This document shows positions 11,063 through 21,957 of a stretch of 64,000 nucleotides of DNA, one piece after another (position 1 is the stretch's first letter; each line of letters opens with the position of its first letter). The notes beneath the pieces were generated by a model. It ran no database searches, was not told the origin of the DNA, and saw nothing but the letters and a program-made list of their open reading frames with translations. The stretch lies in assembly GCA_963749495.1 (NCBI GenBank), contig CAVVMW010000029.1:75357-139356 (forward strand), read 5' to 3'. The position numbers and the translations under genes are program-made. The stretch is from an uncultured bacterium. Lineage in GTDB: Bacteria; Verrucomicrobiota; Verrucomicrobiia; Limisphaerales; UBA8199.

Positions 11063-11744
11063 CGCCTTGGCTCGCTCGGCCCGTCCAACGCAGCGCACCG
11101 CTTAAGCCACGCCGGGAGAAGGGCTTACGACTACCAGACCTTCAAAGCTGAAAAACCAGATAGGGCCACCGATGGGACAAAATGATCGAGTATGAAAGTC
11201 TGCGGTCGCTGTAAGTGCCTGCCCACCAACGACGCAACCGAGCTTTGCGATCATAGCCCGAGTTCGTCCTGAGCGCCCCCAACTGCACATCTTCCAGTCA
11301 CAGGCACAGATGAATCACCAGCCGCCACGGAAATGAGTGTGCCCACAAATCGTGACGGCAAGCTTCTCCATTTGGGCACAAAAACCAAACCCCTCACGAT
11401 CAACAATGAGCATCAACAGAAAGGAAAAACAACTAAACCAAATGAAAACCATCCTCCTCCTCCGCGACTTCCACCTGTTTTCTGCAAGACCCCAACCCCA
11501 TCCTGATCCGCCAGCTCAAAGACGTGCTCCAGGAGGCCAAGACCAAATCGAAGACGCTCAGCATTCAGAGCCGTACACGGGACTGCCAGGCCATGACCAG
11601 TCCGAGCCCCGCAAGAGGAAGCGTCAATGAGAGGGGGGGCTGACGGCGGGCCAAATGAAGCGCAGCGGTCGGATTCCTGGCCGAGACCGGGGCAAAAAAC
11701 AATTGCTTTTCAGCGTTGAGCGGACTAATCTGTGTTCACTTACT

Positions 11745-12899
11745 ATGAGCACAACTACACCAAAGACAATTGCACTCGAAATCGCCGCATTGGCGGGTGA
11801 CGGCATCGGCCCGGACATTATGCGGGAGGCGATCAAGGTTTTAAGGGCAATCGAAAAGAGGTTCCACCTGACGCTTGAGATTACGGAGGGGCTAGTGGGT
11901 TGGGCAGCAATCGACAAGGAAGGGAAGGCCTTGCCGGATAGCACCCTGGCTCTGTGCAAGAAGTCCGGCGCGATTCTCTTCGGCGCGGTTGGGTTATATT
12001 ACCGGGATCCCGAAGCGGTTAAAGAGAAGCGGCCGGAGCGGGCATTGCTGCGGCTGCGCAAGCAGCTAGGGTTGTTCGCCAATCTTCGCCCGGTTAAACT
12101 TTATCCTGAATTGGCGGATGCCTGTCCTCTGCAACCGGAACGTCAGGGTGAGGGGATCAACATCCTCATGGTGCGTGAATCAACGGGAGGTCTCTACTAT
12201 GCCTACCCCAAGAAGACCGAACCGGTGATGGAAATGAAAGAGGCGGGGACCCCAGCACAAGAGGTCTTGCGAGCAGTGGACACGATGGCTTTGACGGCGT
12301 CTGAGATCGAACGGATCGCTCACGTGGCTTTTCGAGCGGCGTGGCTGCGGCGAAGGAAGGTGACCAGCGTTGACAAGGCCAATATTCTGGAAACAAGCAT
12401 TCTCTGGCGCAAAATAGTGACTGAAACGAGTCATCAGTATCCGCAAGTGACCCTCGAAAACATGTTGGTGGATACAGCGGCCATGCAACTGGTCTTGCGA
12501 CCCTCGCAGTTTAACGTGATCCTCTGTGAAAGCACTTTCGGAGAGATTCTCAGTGACGAAGCGGCGGCTCTAGTGGGGTCGTTAGGGATGATGCCGAGCG
12601 CCAACCTCGGCTATGCGCGTGATGGCCAGACCCGCGGCTTATTCGAGCCTGCGGGTGGCACCGCGCCCGATATCGCAGGGAAGAATCTGGCCAATCCGAT
12701 CGCAGAGATTCTGGCTGCCGCCTTGATGTTGCGCTATAGCTTCGGATTGGACGAAGCTGCCACAGCTATCGAAACCGCTGTCGGAAAAGTGATTTCCGCC
12801 GGGTACCGCACGGCTGACATTTTCACCGCTGGCGCAAGTGCCCTTCGCCAGGTCAGCACTTCACAAATGGGCGATGCCATTGTCGAGGCGATATCGTAG
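11745..12899 (+). CDS. leuB: 3-isopropylmalate dehydrogenase, divergent
   Basis: GDGIGPDI, LFANLRPVK, VTSVDKANIL, AAMQL, EPAGGTAPDIAGKNLANPIA. Confidence 0.85.
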   Translation: MSTTTPKTIALEIAALAGDGIGPDIMREAIKVLRAIEKRFHLTLEITEGLVGWAAIDKEGKALPDSTLALCKKSGAILFGAVGLYYRDPEAVKEKRPERALLRLRKQLGLFANLRPVKLYPELADACPLQPERQGEGINILMVRESTGGLYYAYPKKTEPVMEMKEAGTPAQEVLRAVDTMALTASEIERIAHVAFRAAWLRRRKVTSVDKANILETSILWRKIVTETSHQYPQVTLENMLVDTAAMQLVLRPSQFNVILCESTFGEILSDEAAALVGSLGMMPSANLGYARDGQTRGLFEPAGGTAPDIAGKNLANPIAEILAAALMLRYSFGLDEAATAIETAVGKVISAGYRTADIFTAGASALRQVSTSQMGDAIVEAIS

Positions 12900-13461
12900 G
12901 AGAGGGGAGTGCGCAGGCGCGTGGCGGTTCACGGTTTCCCCACTTTTCAACAGACTCAATATGGGGGAAGGAGCACCGTGCATCGTGCGCCGTCGGCCTT
13001 TAGGTCGAGGGCTGATTGATCAGGGCATCAGGGTGCTGCACGGCTTCTCGATATGGCCATGGCCCTCCTGACCATTGAAGAGCCAATATTGGCTGGGTTC
13101 AAGAGCCGTCCCGGGGTTGTCGAGCCGGATGATTTGTTCGGCGGCAAACAACGCGCATGACGATTTGAATGCACAAATGTCAAACTGTGTGTTTCCAGCA
13201 ATGTGTGCGTCTTATTTGCTGCTCGTCGTCGATCCGATGAAATCTGTGGGGATGAGATGACGATTAGCCGGGCTGTAACGCCATCAGAGCGAGCGGCTTC
13301 ATGGCGACCGCACGGACAGCATTGTCGAAACATGGATCCAGGTGAAAGGGGTTTCTCAGGGGTCCGTACCGAAGTCCTGGGCCACGAGATCTAGGCACGC
13401 CGTAATTCCCCACCTTGCCTCGCCAGTCCTCCCCACCTAGTGTAAATTGGCAGCGCCGAAC

Positions 13462-13899
13462 ATGAGCGTCAGAGCAGTCTTGTTTTTGTGCACCGGCAAC
13501 TACTATCGGAGCCGCTTTGCCGAGGGACTCTTCAACCACTTGGCCGGCCAACTGCGCCTAGGCTGGCGAGCCGACTCCCGTGGGTTGGCCCTGGGGCAGG
13601 CAGAAACGGACAATGTGGGCCCCATCTCCATTTGCACCCTGGAGGCCTTCAAGCTCCGGTCCATTCCAGTCGCCGAGCCGATTCGTTACCCCAGGGCAGC
13701 CACTCTTGCAGACTTGACCTCGGCCGACCTCATCATTGCTCTGAAGGAAGCGGAGCATCGCGCACTGATGCGGCAGCATTTTCCCGATTGGGAACACCGC
13801 ATTACGTACTGGCATGTGCATGATCTGGATCAGGCGCCGTCCCACCTCGCGCTGGCCGAGATTGACACCCTGGTCCGGGATCTCATCGCTCGCCTTTGA
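13462..13899 (+). CDS. Low-molecular-weight protein-tyrosine phosphatase family
   Basis: VLFLCTGNYYRSRFAE, a CX5R P-loop. Confidence 0.9.
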   Translation: MSVRAVLFLCTGNYYRSRFAEGLFNHLAGQLRLGWRADSRGLALGQAETDNVGPISICTLEAFKLRSIPVAEPIRYPRAATLADLTSADLIIALKEAEHRALMRQHFPDWEHRITYWHVHDLDQAPSHLALAEIDTLVRDLIARL

Positions 13900-13919
13900 A
13901 AGCCCTTGCCATAGCACTA

Positions 13920-14120
13920 GGCTATGGCAACTGAGGGCAACCGCGGAATACGCGGAATACGCGGAAAACAAAGCCGCTCAGCGATCCCGGATGGGGATTG
14001 GCCGGCATTGGGGCAGCCCCATTTCATCGCGGTTGCATCCGCATAGATACGATCACGGAAAGGAAGAAACAACGCCTGCCTTGGTCTCTTGAAGGGAGGT
14101 GACTTTTTTGTCCTGCGCCC
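13920..14120 (+). mobile_element. Right half of GxxExxY-carrying TIR element
   Basis: Collinear with 50231-50464. Contains AACCGCGGAATACGCGGAATACGCGGAA (13939-13966) and TIR GGTGACTTTTTTGTCCTGCGCCC (14098-14120). Confidence 0.75.
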
Positions 14121-14254
14121 TCTCCGTGCTGCCGGCAGGCCGGGGCCCTCGCGTCCTTTGCGTCGCTTTTGTCCCTTTTGTCCCTTGCACTTCATGCCGC
14201 GCGATCCCGGCGAGGGGTTCCTGCCCGCTCCTGACTCGCCCGACCATCCGGCCG

Positions 14255-15634
14255 CTACGGTTTGAGCGCCGCCACGGCCTCATCGAGCGCCTCGGCCAGC
14301 ACGGCCAGGCCCTCGCGGACGGCCTCCTCGGGGATGGTCAAGGGCGGGGCGATCTTAACGGTCTGGCCCCAGGCGCCGACCGGGCTGAAGAACAAGAGCC
14401 CTTTGTGGAAGCAGCGTTCGACGATGTCATGGGCCAGGTCGTGGTTTGGCTCTTTGCGGCCGGGCTGAGTCATCTGGAGGCCGCCGACAAGGCCCCGGCA
14501 GGTCCAGTGCCCGACCACCTCCGGGTGCGCGCGCTGCAGGCCCGCCAGGCCCGCGGCCAGGGGTTTCTCCATCCGCGCGGCATTGGCCGGGAGGTCCTCG
14601 GCGACGATTTTGCGGAGGTTGGCCAGGGCGGCGGCGCAGCAGACAGGATTGCCGGTGTGTGTGCTGGTCATGGAGCCGGGGGGGAATTGGTCCATGATCT
14701 CGGGACGGCCGATGACGGCCGAGAGGGGGAGCGAGCTGGAGATGCCCTTGCCGCAACAGATGAGGTCGGGCGTCACGCCGTAGTGCTCGAAGGCCCAGAA
14801 CTTGCCCGTGCGGCCGAAGCCGGACTGGACCTCGTCGAAGATCAGCAGCGCGTCGTTGGTCCGGCACCAGTCTGCAAGGCGGCGGATGTACTGGGCTGGC
14901 GCAAAGTCGGGGCCTACGCCCTGGTAGGTCTCGAACATGACCCCGGCAACGTTGCCGGGTTCGAGCCCCTTTCTTTCGAGCGTCTCCAGGAACAGCTCGA
15001 AGCGGGTGTCCGTGGTCCAGTAACCATCCGGGAATGGGACCTGGACGATGTCCGGGTCTTCGTTGACGATCCAGCCTTTTTGTCCGGGAATGCCGCCGGC
15101 CTGCTGGGCGCCCAGTGTGCGGCCATGAAAGCCGCGTTCGGCGCCCACCAGGCCGATCTTGCGGGTGCCGCCTTTGCGGATGCCATGGGCGCGGGCGAGC
15201 TTGAGGGCGCACTCGGTGGCCTCCGAGCCGGTCGTGAGCAGGAAGACCTTGCCCAACCCCGGGGGCGCCAGGCGGACCAACTCCTCGACCAGGTCGGCGC
15301 GCTGCCGGCTGGGGAAGACGTAGTTGTGCAAGAGACCACCGTTGACCTGCTCGATGATAGCGCGGCGGACCTCGGGCGCGCCGTGGCCGGAATTCGCGAC
15401 GAGGACCCCGCTGGTCCAATCCAGCCATCGGTTGCCGTATTTGTCATAAACAAAGATGTCCTCGGCGCGGTCCCAGACCAGCGGGGGTTGCCCGCGCATG
15501 GACTGGGGCTCGAACCGGCGCAATCGCTCCAGAATCGGCACCGAGTCGGGGTGCGGCAACGGTGTGAGGATGCGCCGGTATTTGGTTTCTACCCGCGGCA
15601 CGGCGCGGGGGGTGATGTCGAATTCTTTGCCCAT
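14255..15634 (-). CDS. Class III PLP aminotransferase (GabT/ArgD-like)
   Basis: TTGSEATE, GFHGRT, LIFDEVQSGFGRTG, DLICCGKG. Confidence 0.92.
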   Translation of the reverse strand: MGKEFDITPRAVPRVETKYRRILTPLPHPDSVPILERLRRFEPQSMRGQPPLVWDRAEDIFVYDKYGNRWLDWTSGVLVANSGHGAPEVRRAIIEQVNGGLLHNYVFPSRQRADLVEELVRLAPPGLGKVFLLTTGSEATECALKLARAHGIRKGGTRKIGLVGAERGFHGRTLGAQQAGGIPGQKGWIVNEDPDIVQVPFPDGYWTTDTRFELFLETLERKGLEPGNVAGVMFETYQGVGPDFAPAQYIRRLADWCRTNDALLIFDEVQSGFGRTGKFWAFEHYGVTPDLICCGKGISSSLPLSAVIGRPEIMDQFPPGSMTSTHTGNPVCCAAALANLRKIVAEDLPANAARMEKPLAAGLAGLQRAHPEVVGHWTCRGLVGGLQMTQPGRKEPNHDLAHDIVERCFHKGLLFFSPVGAWGQTVKIAPPLTIPEEAVREGLAVLAEALDEAVAALKP

Positions 15635-15636
15635 AG

Positions 15637-16915
15637 TCAGATCGGTCGAGCGTAAACCACCTCAAACACCTTTCCCTCGCCCTCGCGGTTTGGGTCCACG
15701 ATGGTGAGGCCCTCGGGGCCGAAGCGGGCGGAGACGGTGGCGCCCTTGCCGGCCTGGAGGTATTTGAAATTGAGGTCGCGCACGATGCGGGCGGCGTGGA
15801 CGACGGCGACGGTGATGCGCGCCTCTTCGGCAGTCGGGTAAATCTGGGCCAGGTCCTGGCGGCTGGCGCCCAGGAACTTCATCCGGCAAACAGCCGCCAG
15901 CCCGGCGATGAGGCTGTCCACGCCGTAGCCGACATACCCCTGGGAGCCGTCAGGGCGATTGACCTCGCGCGTGAAATGGTTGTTGGCGGTGCGGCTGCCC
16001 CCGCCCTGGTTCCACCAGCGCAGCCCGCGGTATTGCTGGTCGCTCTCGACCTTGCCGCGGGCGCCCACGATCTCGTGGCCCTGGTTGACGGGCCCCTCGA
16101 AATCGGGCGGCGTCACCCAGTTGTTCAGGAAATGGATGCTCATGCCGTTGTCGAAATCCACGCGGACCTGCACGGCGTCGAAGGCATTGATGCCGTCGCT
16201 CACCAGCCGTTTTTTCTGGCCGACGGCCGTCAGCGAGACGGGTTTGCTATGGTAGTAGTGGCAGATCAAATCGAACCCAGTGCGGCCCGACGTAGCTGAA
16301 GGGGTCGCTGTGCTCGACCCACTTGAAGGTGCTGGTGGAGACCTCCAGCGGTTCCTCCAGGTAGGCCACGCCGTAGAGGGGTTGGCCGATGCGGTGGCGC
16401 AGGTCGTGGCGTATCCGCAGGTGGTCGGGGTCGTAGCGTTTGTGCATGTCCACCGCCACGATACGGTCCCGGCTCCGGGCCAGGTCAATGATGCGGTCGG
16501 CCTCGGCCAGGTCGAGGCACATCGGTTTTTCGGTCAGGACGTGCGCGCCGGCCTCGAGGGCGGCGAGGATGACCTCGGTGTGCAGGTGATCGGGCGTGGC
16601 CACGGCCACGATGTCCAGGCCGGGAAAATCCCCCAGCATCGCCAGCCATGGCCGCTCTCCCCAATAGGCGCGCGGGGCGCAGCCGGTCCGGCCCTGGTAA
16701 TCCGCCTGCGCCCGGCGGGCGGATTTTTCCGTGCGCGTGGCCACGGCAACCAGTTCGAACCGGAGCGGCGCCAGGTCCCGCGCCCAGGCATCCAGGCCCA
16801 GGCGCCCCAGTTGCGGGCTGATGCCGCTGCGCTGCAGATCGGCATAGGCGCGCGCGTGAACGTCCCCGCCGAACATGCCCGCCCCCACCAATGCCAGTTT
16901 GATGCTGCCTTCCAT
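15637..16915 (-). CDS. Gfo/Idh/MocA oxidoreductase; frameshift near 16275
   Basis: LVGAGMFG, VATPDHLH, VLTEKPM. Continues as DLICHYY... in ORF 15637..16488. Confidence 0.85.
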
Positions 16916-17007
16916 CGTGACGGCGAGTTCTATCATCCAGGGCGGCCGGGTGCAACGAAAACACTTCGGCTGGACGGCGGGATCGGCCAAACCTAAGATG
17001 CCCAAGG

Positions 17008-17730
17008 ATGATCGGAACGATTGTCAACGTGGGCGGCATCGTGGTGGGCGGCATCGCCGGCCTAAGCGGACGCCGGGCGCTCCGGCCCGTCACGGAGTCG
17101 AATCTGAAGGTGATCCTGGGGGTGTTCACGGTCTATTACGGTTTGCGGCTGGCGTGGCTGAGCCTCGGGGGTTCAGTGGGGCAGGTCCTCAAGCAGGTCC
17201 TCATCGCGGTGCTGGCATTGACGGTTGGCAAGCTGGCCGGGCGGTTGCTGGGCCTGCAACGGATGTCCAACGCATTGGGCCGGGCGGCGCGCCAGAAGAT
17301 TGCCGAGGCCAGGCCGGACAACCCGCGCCGCCTGGGCGAGGGATTCAAGGTCTGCGCGGCGCTCTTTTGCGCCGCCCCGCTCGGGGTGGCCGGGGCCGTG
17401 CAGGACGGGCTCTCCCAGTATTGGTACCCGCTCGGGGTCAAGGCGGCGATGGATGGGCTGGCAACGATGAGTTTTGTCTCTCTATTCGGAGGCGGGGCGA
17501 TGCTCTCGGCGGTGCCGGTGCTGGCCGTGCAGGGCACGATCACGCTGGCGTGCGGGCAGTTCCTGAAGCCATTCCTGGAGGGGCGCGCCCTGGTGGATTC
17601 CGTGAACGCCGTGGGCGGGTTGGTGGTCTTTTGCGTGGCGCTGGTGATACTGGGTCTCAAGCGCATCGAGTTGGCCGAATACCTGCCGAGCCTGCTGTTT
17701 GGCCCGCTGCTGACCTGGCTCTGGAGGTAG
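17008..17730 (+). CDS. DUF554-family membrane protein
   Basis: MIGTIVNVGGIVVGG, LFC..P.G..G...DGL, K..MDG, QG.ITL; multiple TM helices. Confidence 0.85.
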   Translation: MIGTIVNVGGIVVGGIAGLSGRRALRPVTESNLKVILGVFTVYYGLRLAWLSLGGSVGQVLKQVLIAVLALTVGKLAGRLLGLQRMSNALGRAARQKIAEARPDNPRRLGEGFKVCAALFCAAPLGVAGAVQDGLSQYWYPLGVKAAMDGLATMSFVSLFGGGAMLSAVPVLAVQGTITLACGQFLKPFLEGRALVDSVNAVGGLVVFCVALVILGLKRIELAEYLPSLLFGPLLTWLWR

Positions 17731-17796
17731 GCCCCGTGCAACAATGGGGTCAAAACCCCATTGTCTGGCTAATGCAGCCAATTAAACGTAGTTATT

Positions 17797-18384
17797 ATGC
17801 AAAACGTGTTTGGCGTTCCGCCTTTCGGCGCTTCGGATCTCGAAGCGAGTCCCAGTTTCAATGTCGTTATCGCTTACGAAGATTTCCAAACCGGCAAGCA
17901 CGCCAAGAGGACTTACGATTTTCTGGCGGAGCACCTGGGCCGGGAATGCGAGTTCACCAACCAGATGTGGAAGTTCGACGTGCTGCGCATCGCCAAGCTG
18001 CGGGAGATGGCGGTCAAGGACGCCGCCCAGGCCGACATCATCATCATCTCCAGCCACGGGGCCGACGAACTGCCGCAGCCGGTGAAGGCCTGGATCGAGA
18101 TGTGGCTGGCCGAGAAAGGCAACGCCATCGCCCTGGTCGCCTTGTTCGACTGCCCCAGCGATGAAGCCGCCAGGACCAGCGGGATTCGGGCCTATCTTGC
18201 GGACGTTGCCCGGCGCGGCGGCATGGAGTTCTTCGCCCAACCGGATGATTGGCCGGGCCGGCGCGAGGCAGGTGGCGAATTGCAATTCGAGGATGCCTTC
18301 CGCTTTGACGCCAGGACCCTCGCCACGCTGGCCGGCGTCGTCCAACAGGACTCGGGTCCCCCCCGCTGGGGAATCAACGAATAG
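17797..18384 (+). CDS. Hypothetical protein
   Basis: Host-like codon usage and globular composition (VVIAYEDFQTG...WKFDVL...ADIIIIS). Confidence 0.7.
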   Translation: MQNVFGVPPFGASDLEASPSFNVVIAYEDFQTGKHAKRTYDFLAEHLGRECEFTNQMWKFDVLRIAKLREMAVKDAAQADIIIISSHGADELPQPVKAWIEMWLAEKGNAIALVALFDCPSDEAARTSGIRAYLADVARRGGMEFFAQPDDWPGRREAGGELQFEDAFRFDARTLATLAGVVQQDSGPPRWGINE

Positions 18385-18405
18385 GCCTGTCCCGGTCCGT
18401 GGAGT

Positions 18406-18491
18406 CGCGAAGCGTTTTGGACTGCGCCAGTCCTCTGGCGCTTTCGCGCCGCCAGCGTCCGAAAAGCGCCGGAGGACTGGCGCAGTCCAAA
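18406..18491. repeat. REP-like inverted doublet
   Basis: TTTTGGACTGCGCCAGTCCTCTGGCGCTTT ... AAAGCGCCGGAGGACTGGCGCAGTCCAAAA. Confidence 0.8.
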
Positions 18492-18606
18492 ACCTTGCGG
18501 CTTCCCCGACGGTTTAGTCCCTTGTGTCCCTTGTCAGATGTGCCCTCTGCTCTGGGCGCGCGACTTTCCCCTCGCCAAGGCCGGGCCGCCGATTACACTG
18601 CGCCTC

Positions 18607-19761
18607 ATGACGAACGTCCGTTTGGGGCTCATCGGTCTTGGCAACATCGGCCAGCATCATGCCGGCTACCTGTTGGCGGGCAAGGTCAACCGCGCCCAGT
18701 TGGTGGCGGTGTCCGATGCCGTGCCGGGGAAGCTGGAGAAGTTCAAGCAGTTAAAGGCATTCACCGACGGCGAGGAGTTGATCGGCTCGGGCCTCGTGGA
18801 TGCGGTCATCATCGCGACGCCGCATTACCAGCACACGACTCTGGGCATCGCCGCCCTCCAACGGGGTCTGCACATCATGGTGGAAAAGCCCATCTCGGCG
18901 CACAAGGCCGACGCCGAGCGGCTGATTGCGGCGCACCGGCAGAGCCCGCGGCTTGTCTTTGCGGGGATGTTTCAGCTCCGGGCCGAGCCGCGCTACTTGA
19001 AGATGAGGAAGCTGCTGCGGGAGGGCGAGCTGGGCGACCTGGTGCGGATGAGCTGGATCATGACGGATTGGTTTCGCACGGAGGCCTACTACGCCAGCGG
19101 CGGCTGGCGCGCGACTTGGAAAGGCGAGGGAGGCGGCGTGCTCCTCAACCAGTGCCTCCACAACCTCGATGTCGTCCAATGGCTGCTGGGCATGCCCGCC
19201 CGCGTGCGCGGCTTCTGCCAGCTCGGACGCTTTCACCAGATTGAGGTCGAGGACAACGTCTCGGCTTATCTCGAATATCCCAATGGGGCGACGGGCCTGT
19301 TCGTTTCCTCGACCGGCGAGGCGCCGGGCACCAACCGGTTCGAGCTGGCCGGCACGCGCGGCAAGCTCGTGCTCGAGCGCAACCGGCTCTGCTTCACCCG
19401 CAACGAGACCGATATGCTCGAGTTCAGCCGAACCTCCAAGGTCGGGTTTGCCAAGCCCGATGTGTGGCAGATCGAGATCCCGTTCGATAACGCCGCCAAC
19501 AACCATGCGCTGCTCCTGCAGAACTTCGTCAACGCCATCATCGAGGGCGAGCCTTTGATCGCCCCGGGCCAGGAGGGCATCCATTCGGTCGAGTTGGCCA
19601 ATGTGATGCTCTACTCCTCGCTCGCCGGCCAGACCATCGAACTGCCCCTGGACAGCGCCGCCTACGAGAACAAACTCAATGAGTTGATCGCCCAATCCAG
19701 GCTCCAAAAGAAAGTGGTCGAGGTCATAGACGAGGATTTCACGAAATCCTTCAACCGGTAA
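18607..19761 (+). CDS. Gfo/Idh/MocA oxidoreductase
   Basis: GLIGLGNIG, IATPHYQH, MVEKP, GGGVLLNQCLHNLD. Confidence 0.92.
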   Translation: MTNVRLGLIGLGNIGQHHAGYLLAGKVNRAQLVAVSDAVPGKLEKFKQLKAFTDGEELIGSGLVDAVIIATPHYQHTTLGIAALQRGLHIMVEKPISAHKADAERLIAAHRQSPRLVFAGMFQLRAEPRYLKMRKLLREGELGDLVRMSWIMTDWFRTEAYYASGGWRATWKGEGGGVLLNQCLHNLDVVQWLLGMPARVRGFCQLGRFHQIEVEDNVSAYLEYPNGATGLFVSSTGEAPGTNRFELAGTRGKLVLERNRLCFTRNETDMLEFSRTSKVGFAKPDVWQIEIPFDNAANNHALLLQNFVNAIIEGEPLIAPGQEGIHSVELANVMLYSSLAGQTIELPLDSAAYENKLNELIAQSRLQKKVVEVIDEDFTKSFNR

Positions 19762-19781
19762 ACGCTCCGGCGCCGACCTTC

Positions 19782-19837
19782 CGTCATTCGTCATTCGTCA
19801 TTCGTCATTCGTCATTCGTCATTCGTCATTCGTCATT
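19782..19837 (+). repeat. Heptamer tandem repeat (CGTCATT)8
   Basis: Counted directly from the sequence. Confidence 0.95.
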
Positions 19838-19848
19838 CACGTCCCCCT

Positions 19849-20732
19849 ATGATCTACACAGGCATCGGCGACGAAGCAGCCGCGGGCATCGATGGCCAAA
19901 TCGAGGCCACGCGCGAACTCAATTGGACCTGCCTGGAGATGCGCGGCGTGGAGGTCCCCGGCTACGCCAAGGCGAATTTTCACGATATTCCGGATGCGGC
20001 CTTCGACCTGGCGGTCCGCAGGCTGGAATCGGCCGGGGTTGGGGTCTATTGCTTCGGCTCGACCATTATGAATTGGGCCAGGCGGATCGAGGACCCGTTC
20101 GAGTTGACCTTGTCCGAGGTCCAGCGCGCCATCCCGCGGATGCTCCGCCTGGGCGCCAAGTACGTGCGTATCATGAGCTTCAAGCCGGGCGACGAGGAAT
20201 ATCGGATCCCCCCAAGGTCTTTCGGCGGGTCAAGGAGGTGACCACCCGGTTCCTGGACGCCGGGCTGCAGCCCGTGCACGAGAACTGCATGAACTTCGGG
20301 GGCATGAGCTGGCAGCACGCCCTTGAATTGCTCGACAAGTGCCCGGGGCTCAAATGGGTCTTCGACACCGCCAACCCGATCTTCAACCCCGACCGTTCCA
20401 AGCCCAAGCCCTGGCCCAGGCAGGACCCGTGGGAGTTTTGGACCCACCTGCGCGACCACGTCCTCCACGTGCACATCAAGGATGCCACGTGGAACGCGGC
20501 CAAGAACGATGCGGACTACACATGGCCGGGCGAAGGCCACGGCCGCGTGGGCGACATCCTCAAAGACGCCCTGGCCCGGGGTTACCCGGGCGCCCTGTCC
20601 ATCGAACCCCACATGGTCAGCGTCTTCCACGACCCCCAGGCCAAGGCGGCCAACGAAAGCGCCTTGCGCCAGAACTACGTCCAATACGGGCGCCGGCTCG
20701 AACAGATGGTCGCGCGCCTCGCCGGGGCGTGA
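19849..20732 (+). CDS. Sugar phosphate isomerase/epimerase (xylose-isomerase-like TIM barrel); frameshift near 20210
   Basis: MIYTGIGDEAA, VRIMSF, HENC, VFDTANP, HVHIKDA, SIEPH. Confidence 0.85.
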
Positions 20733-20735
20733 GAG

Positions 20736-20944
20736 GCGTCGCATAGCAACGCACTGAAGGTAGCCGTGGACCTTGGTCCACGGTTTGGAAGGTCGGAGTC
20801 GTCGGGCGTCGCGTAGCGACGCCTGAGGTTAAGGCGGTGCCCCTTGAATTTTTTCCGACCGTCGCTACGCGACGCGCCTGCTATTTTGAATCGAGGATCC
20901 GTGGACTGGAAGTCCACGGCTACCATCAGGCACCGCTACGCGGT
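20736..20944. repeat. Composite palindromic REP/REPIN-like element
   Basis: CCGTGGAC..GTCCACGG and CGTCGCGTAGCGACG arms in inverted arrangement. Second copy at 59349-59543. Confidence 0.8.
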
Positions 20945-21623
20945 GGCTCCGTGCCCAGCCGCCGCCAATAGCCCAGGCGGCCCGGGTTCCAGGTGCAGAC
21001 GGCGATGTCGCCGTTGGGCAGCCAGATGGCATCGTGGGGGTGGCGAAAGCCGCTGCTGCCGAGCAATTGCCCAACCTGAATGACCGAGACCACGCGGTTC
21101 TCTCGATCCAGGATGACCAGCGGGCCGTCCAGGTCGGGCACCAGGAGGTAGTCGCCCCGGACATCGGCATTGCACGGCGCCGTGATCTCCCTGGCCTCGA
21201 TGGTGCTGTGGTAGGCGCCGTTGAGGCTGAAAGGGATGTTCAGCCCGTGAGGCACGCCATGGGCCAGGGTGTTGTCCGCCCCGAGCAGGACCGGCTCCGT
21301 CCCGTCGGGCGCAAACCGGACCAGGCACCGCGTCCGCTCCTCCACCTGCTCGGGCTCGAAGGTGAAATAGATGTTGCCCTGGGTATCGTGGCACAGGCCG
21401 TGGCCGTTTTTCATCCGGACCTCCGGCGGCAGGACCAGCTTCTCCGGGGCATATTCGTAGCGAAAATCGCCCGAGCCGCTGACAACCGGTTGGCCGGTCT
21501 CGGGCGCGTCGCCGCAGGCGCCTCCAACGGCGCCTCGGTTGCCGAATGATGGGAATGGGCCTGGCCTGTTGCCGTCATCGCGGCCAGCGAGGCCCCCGTC
21601 TGCAAAAAATCACGTCGGTTCAT
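20926..21623 (-). pseudogene. Tat-exported NHL-repeat-like protein; frameshifted and apparently internally deleted
   Basis: MNRRDFL, HGLCHDTQGNIY, PHGL, HPHDAIWLPNGDIAVCTW. Frameshift near 21495. Confidence 0.6.
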
Positions 21624-21709
21624 GAGCATGGTACGAGACCAAACATACTCCGGCGCGGACATTCGGCAAGGGGGGCTCACGCAAGGACCGCCAGGGCCGC
21701 AGAAAAACC

Positions 21710-21765
21710 AATGACGAATGACGAATGACGAATGACGAATGACGAATGACGAATGACGAATGACG
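21710..21765 (-). repeat. Heptamer tandem repeat (AATGACG)8, inverted relative to 19782
   Basis: Counted directly from the sequence. Confidence 0.95.
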
Positions 21766-21794
21766 AAATCTGCCTTGGAGATTGAGCTCCCGAG

Positions 21795-21897
21795 GAAAAG
21801 CGGCAGAGGACTGCCGCAGTCCAAGACGCTAGCGCAACCTCGGCCGCGTCCCTGCTCCGCGAAGCGTTTTGGACTGCGGCAGTCCTCTGCCGCTTTT
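21795..21897. repeat. REP-like inverted doublet
   Basis: AAAAGCGGCAGAGGACTGCCGCAGTCCAA ... TTGGACTGCGGCAGTCCTCTGCCGCTTTT. Confidence 0.8.
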
Positions 21898-21957
21898 CTG
21901 AGAGGTGTATGCGTGCCAGGTTACTTGCGACCCGAGGTCTGCGTGCCCCCAATCCCC

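Noticed and set aside
11174..11183. GGGACAAAAT matching the GxxExxY-element TIR, near the MULE transposase
   Set aside because: It is only 10 bp, is in the wrong orientation to be that element's end, and has no partner near 8400.
2882..14120. Left TIR at 2882 and right TIR at 14120 as one 11-kb composite transposon
   Set aside because: The flanks (GAGGCGGGA versus TCTCCGTGC) show no target duplication.
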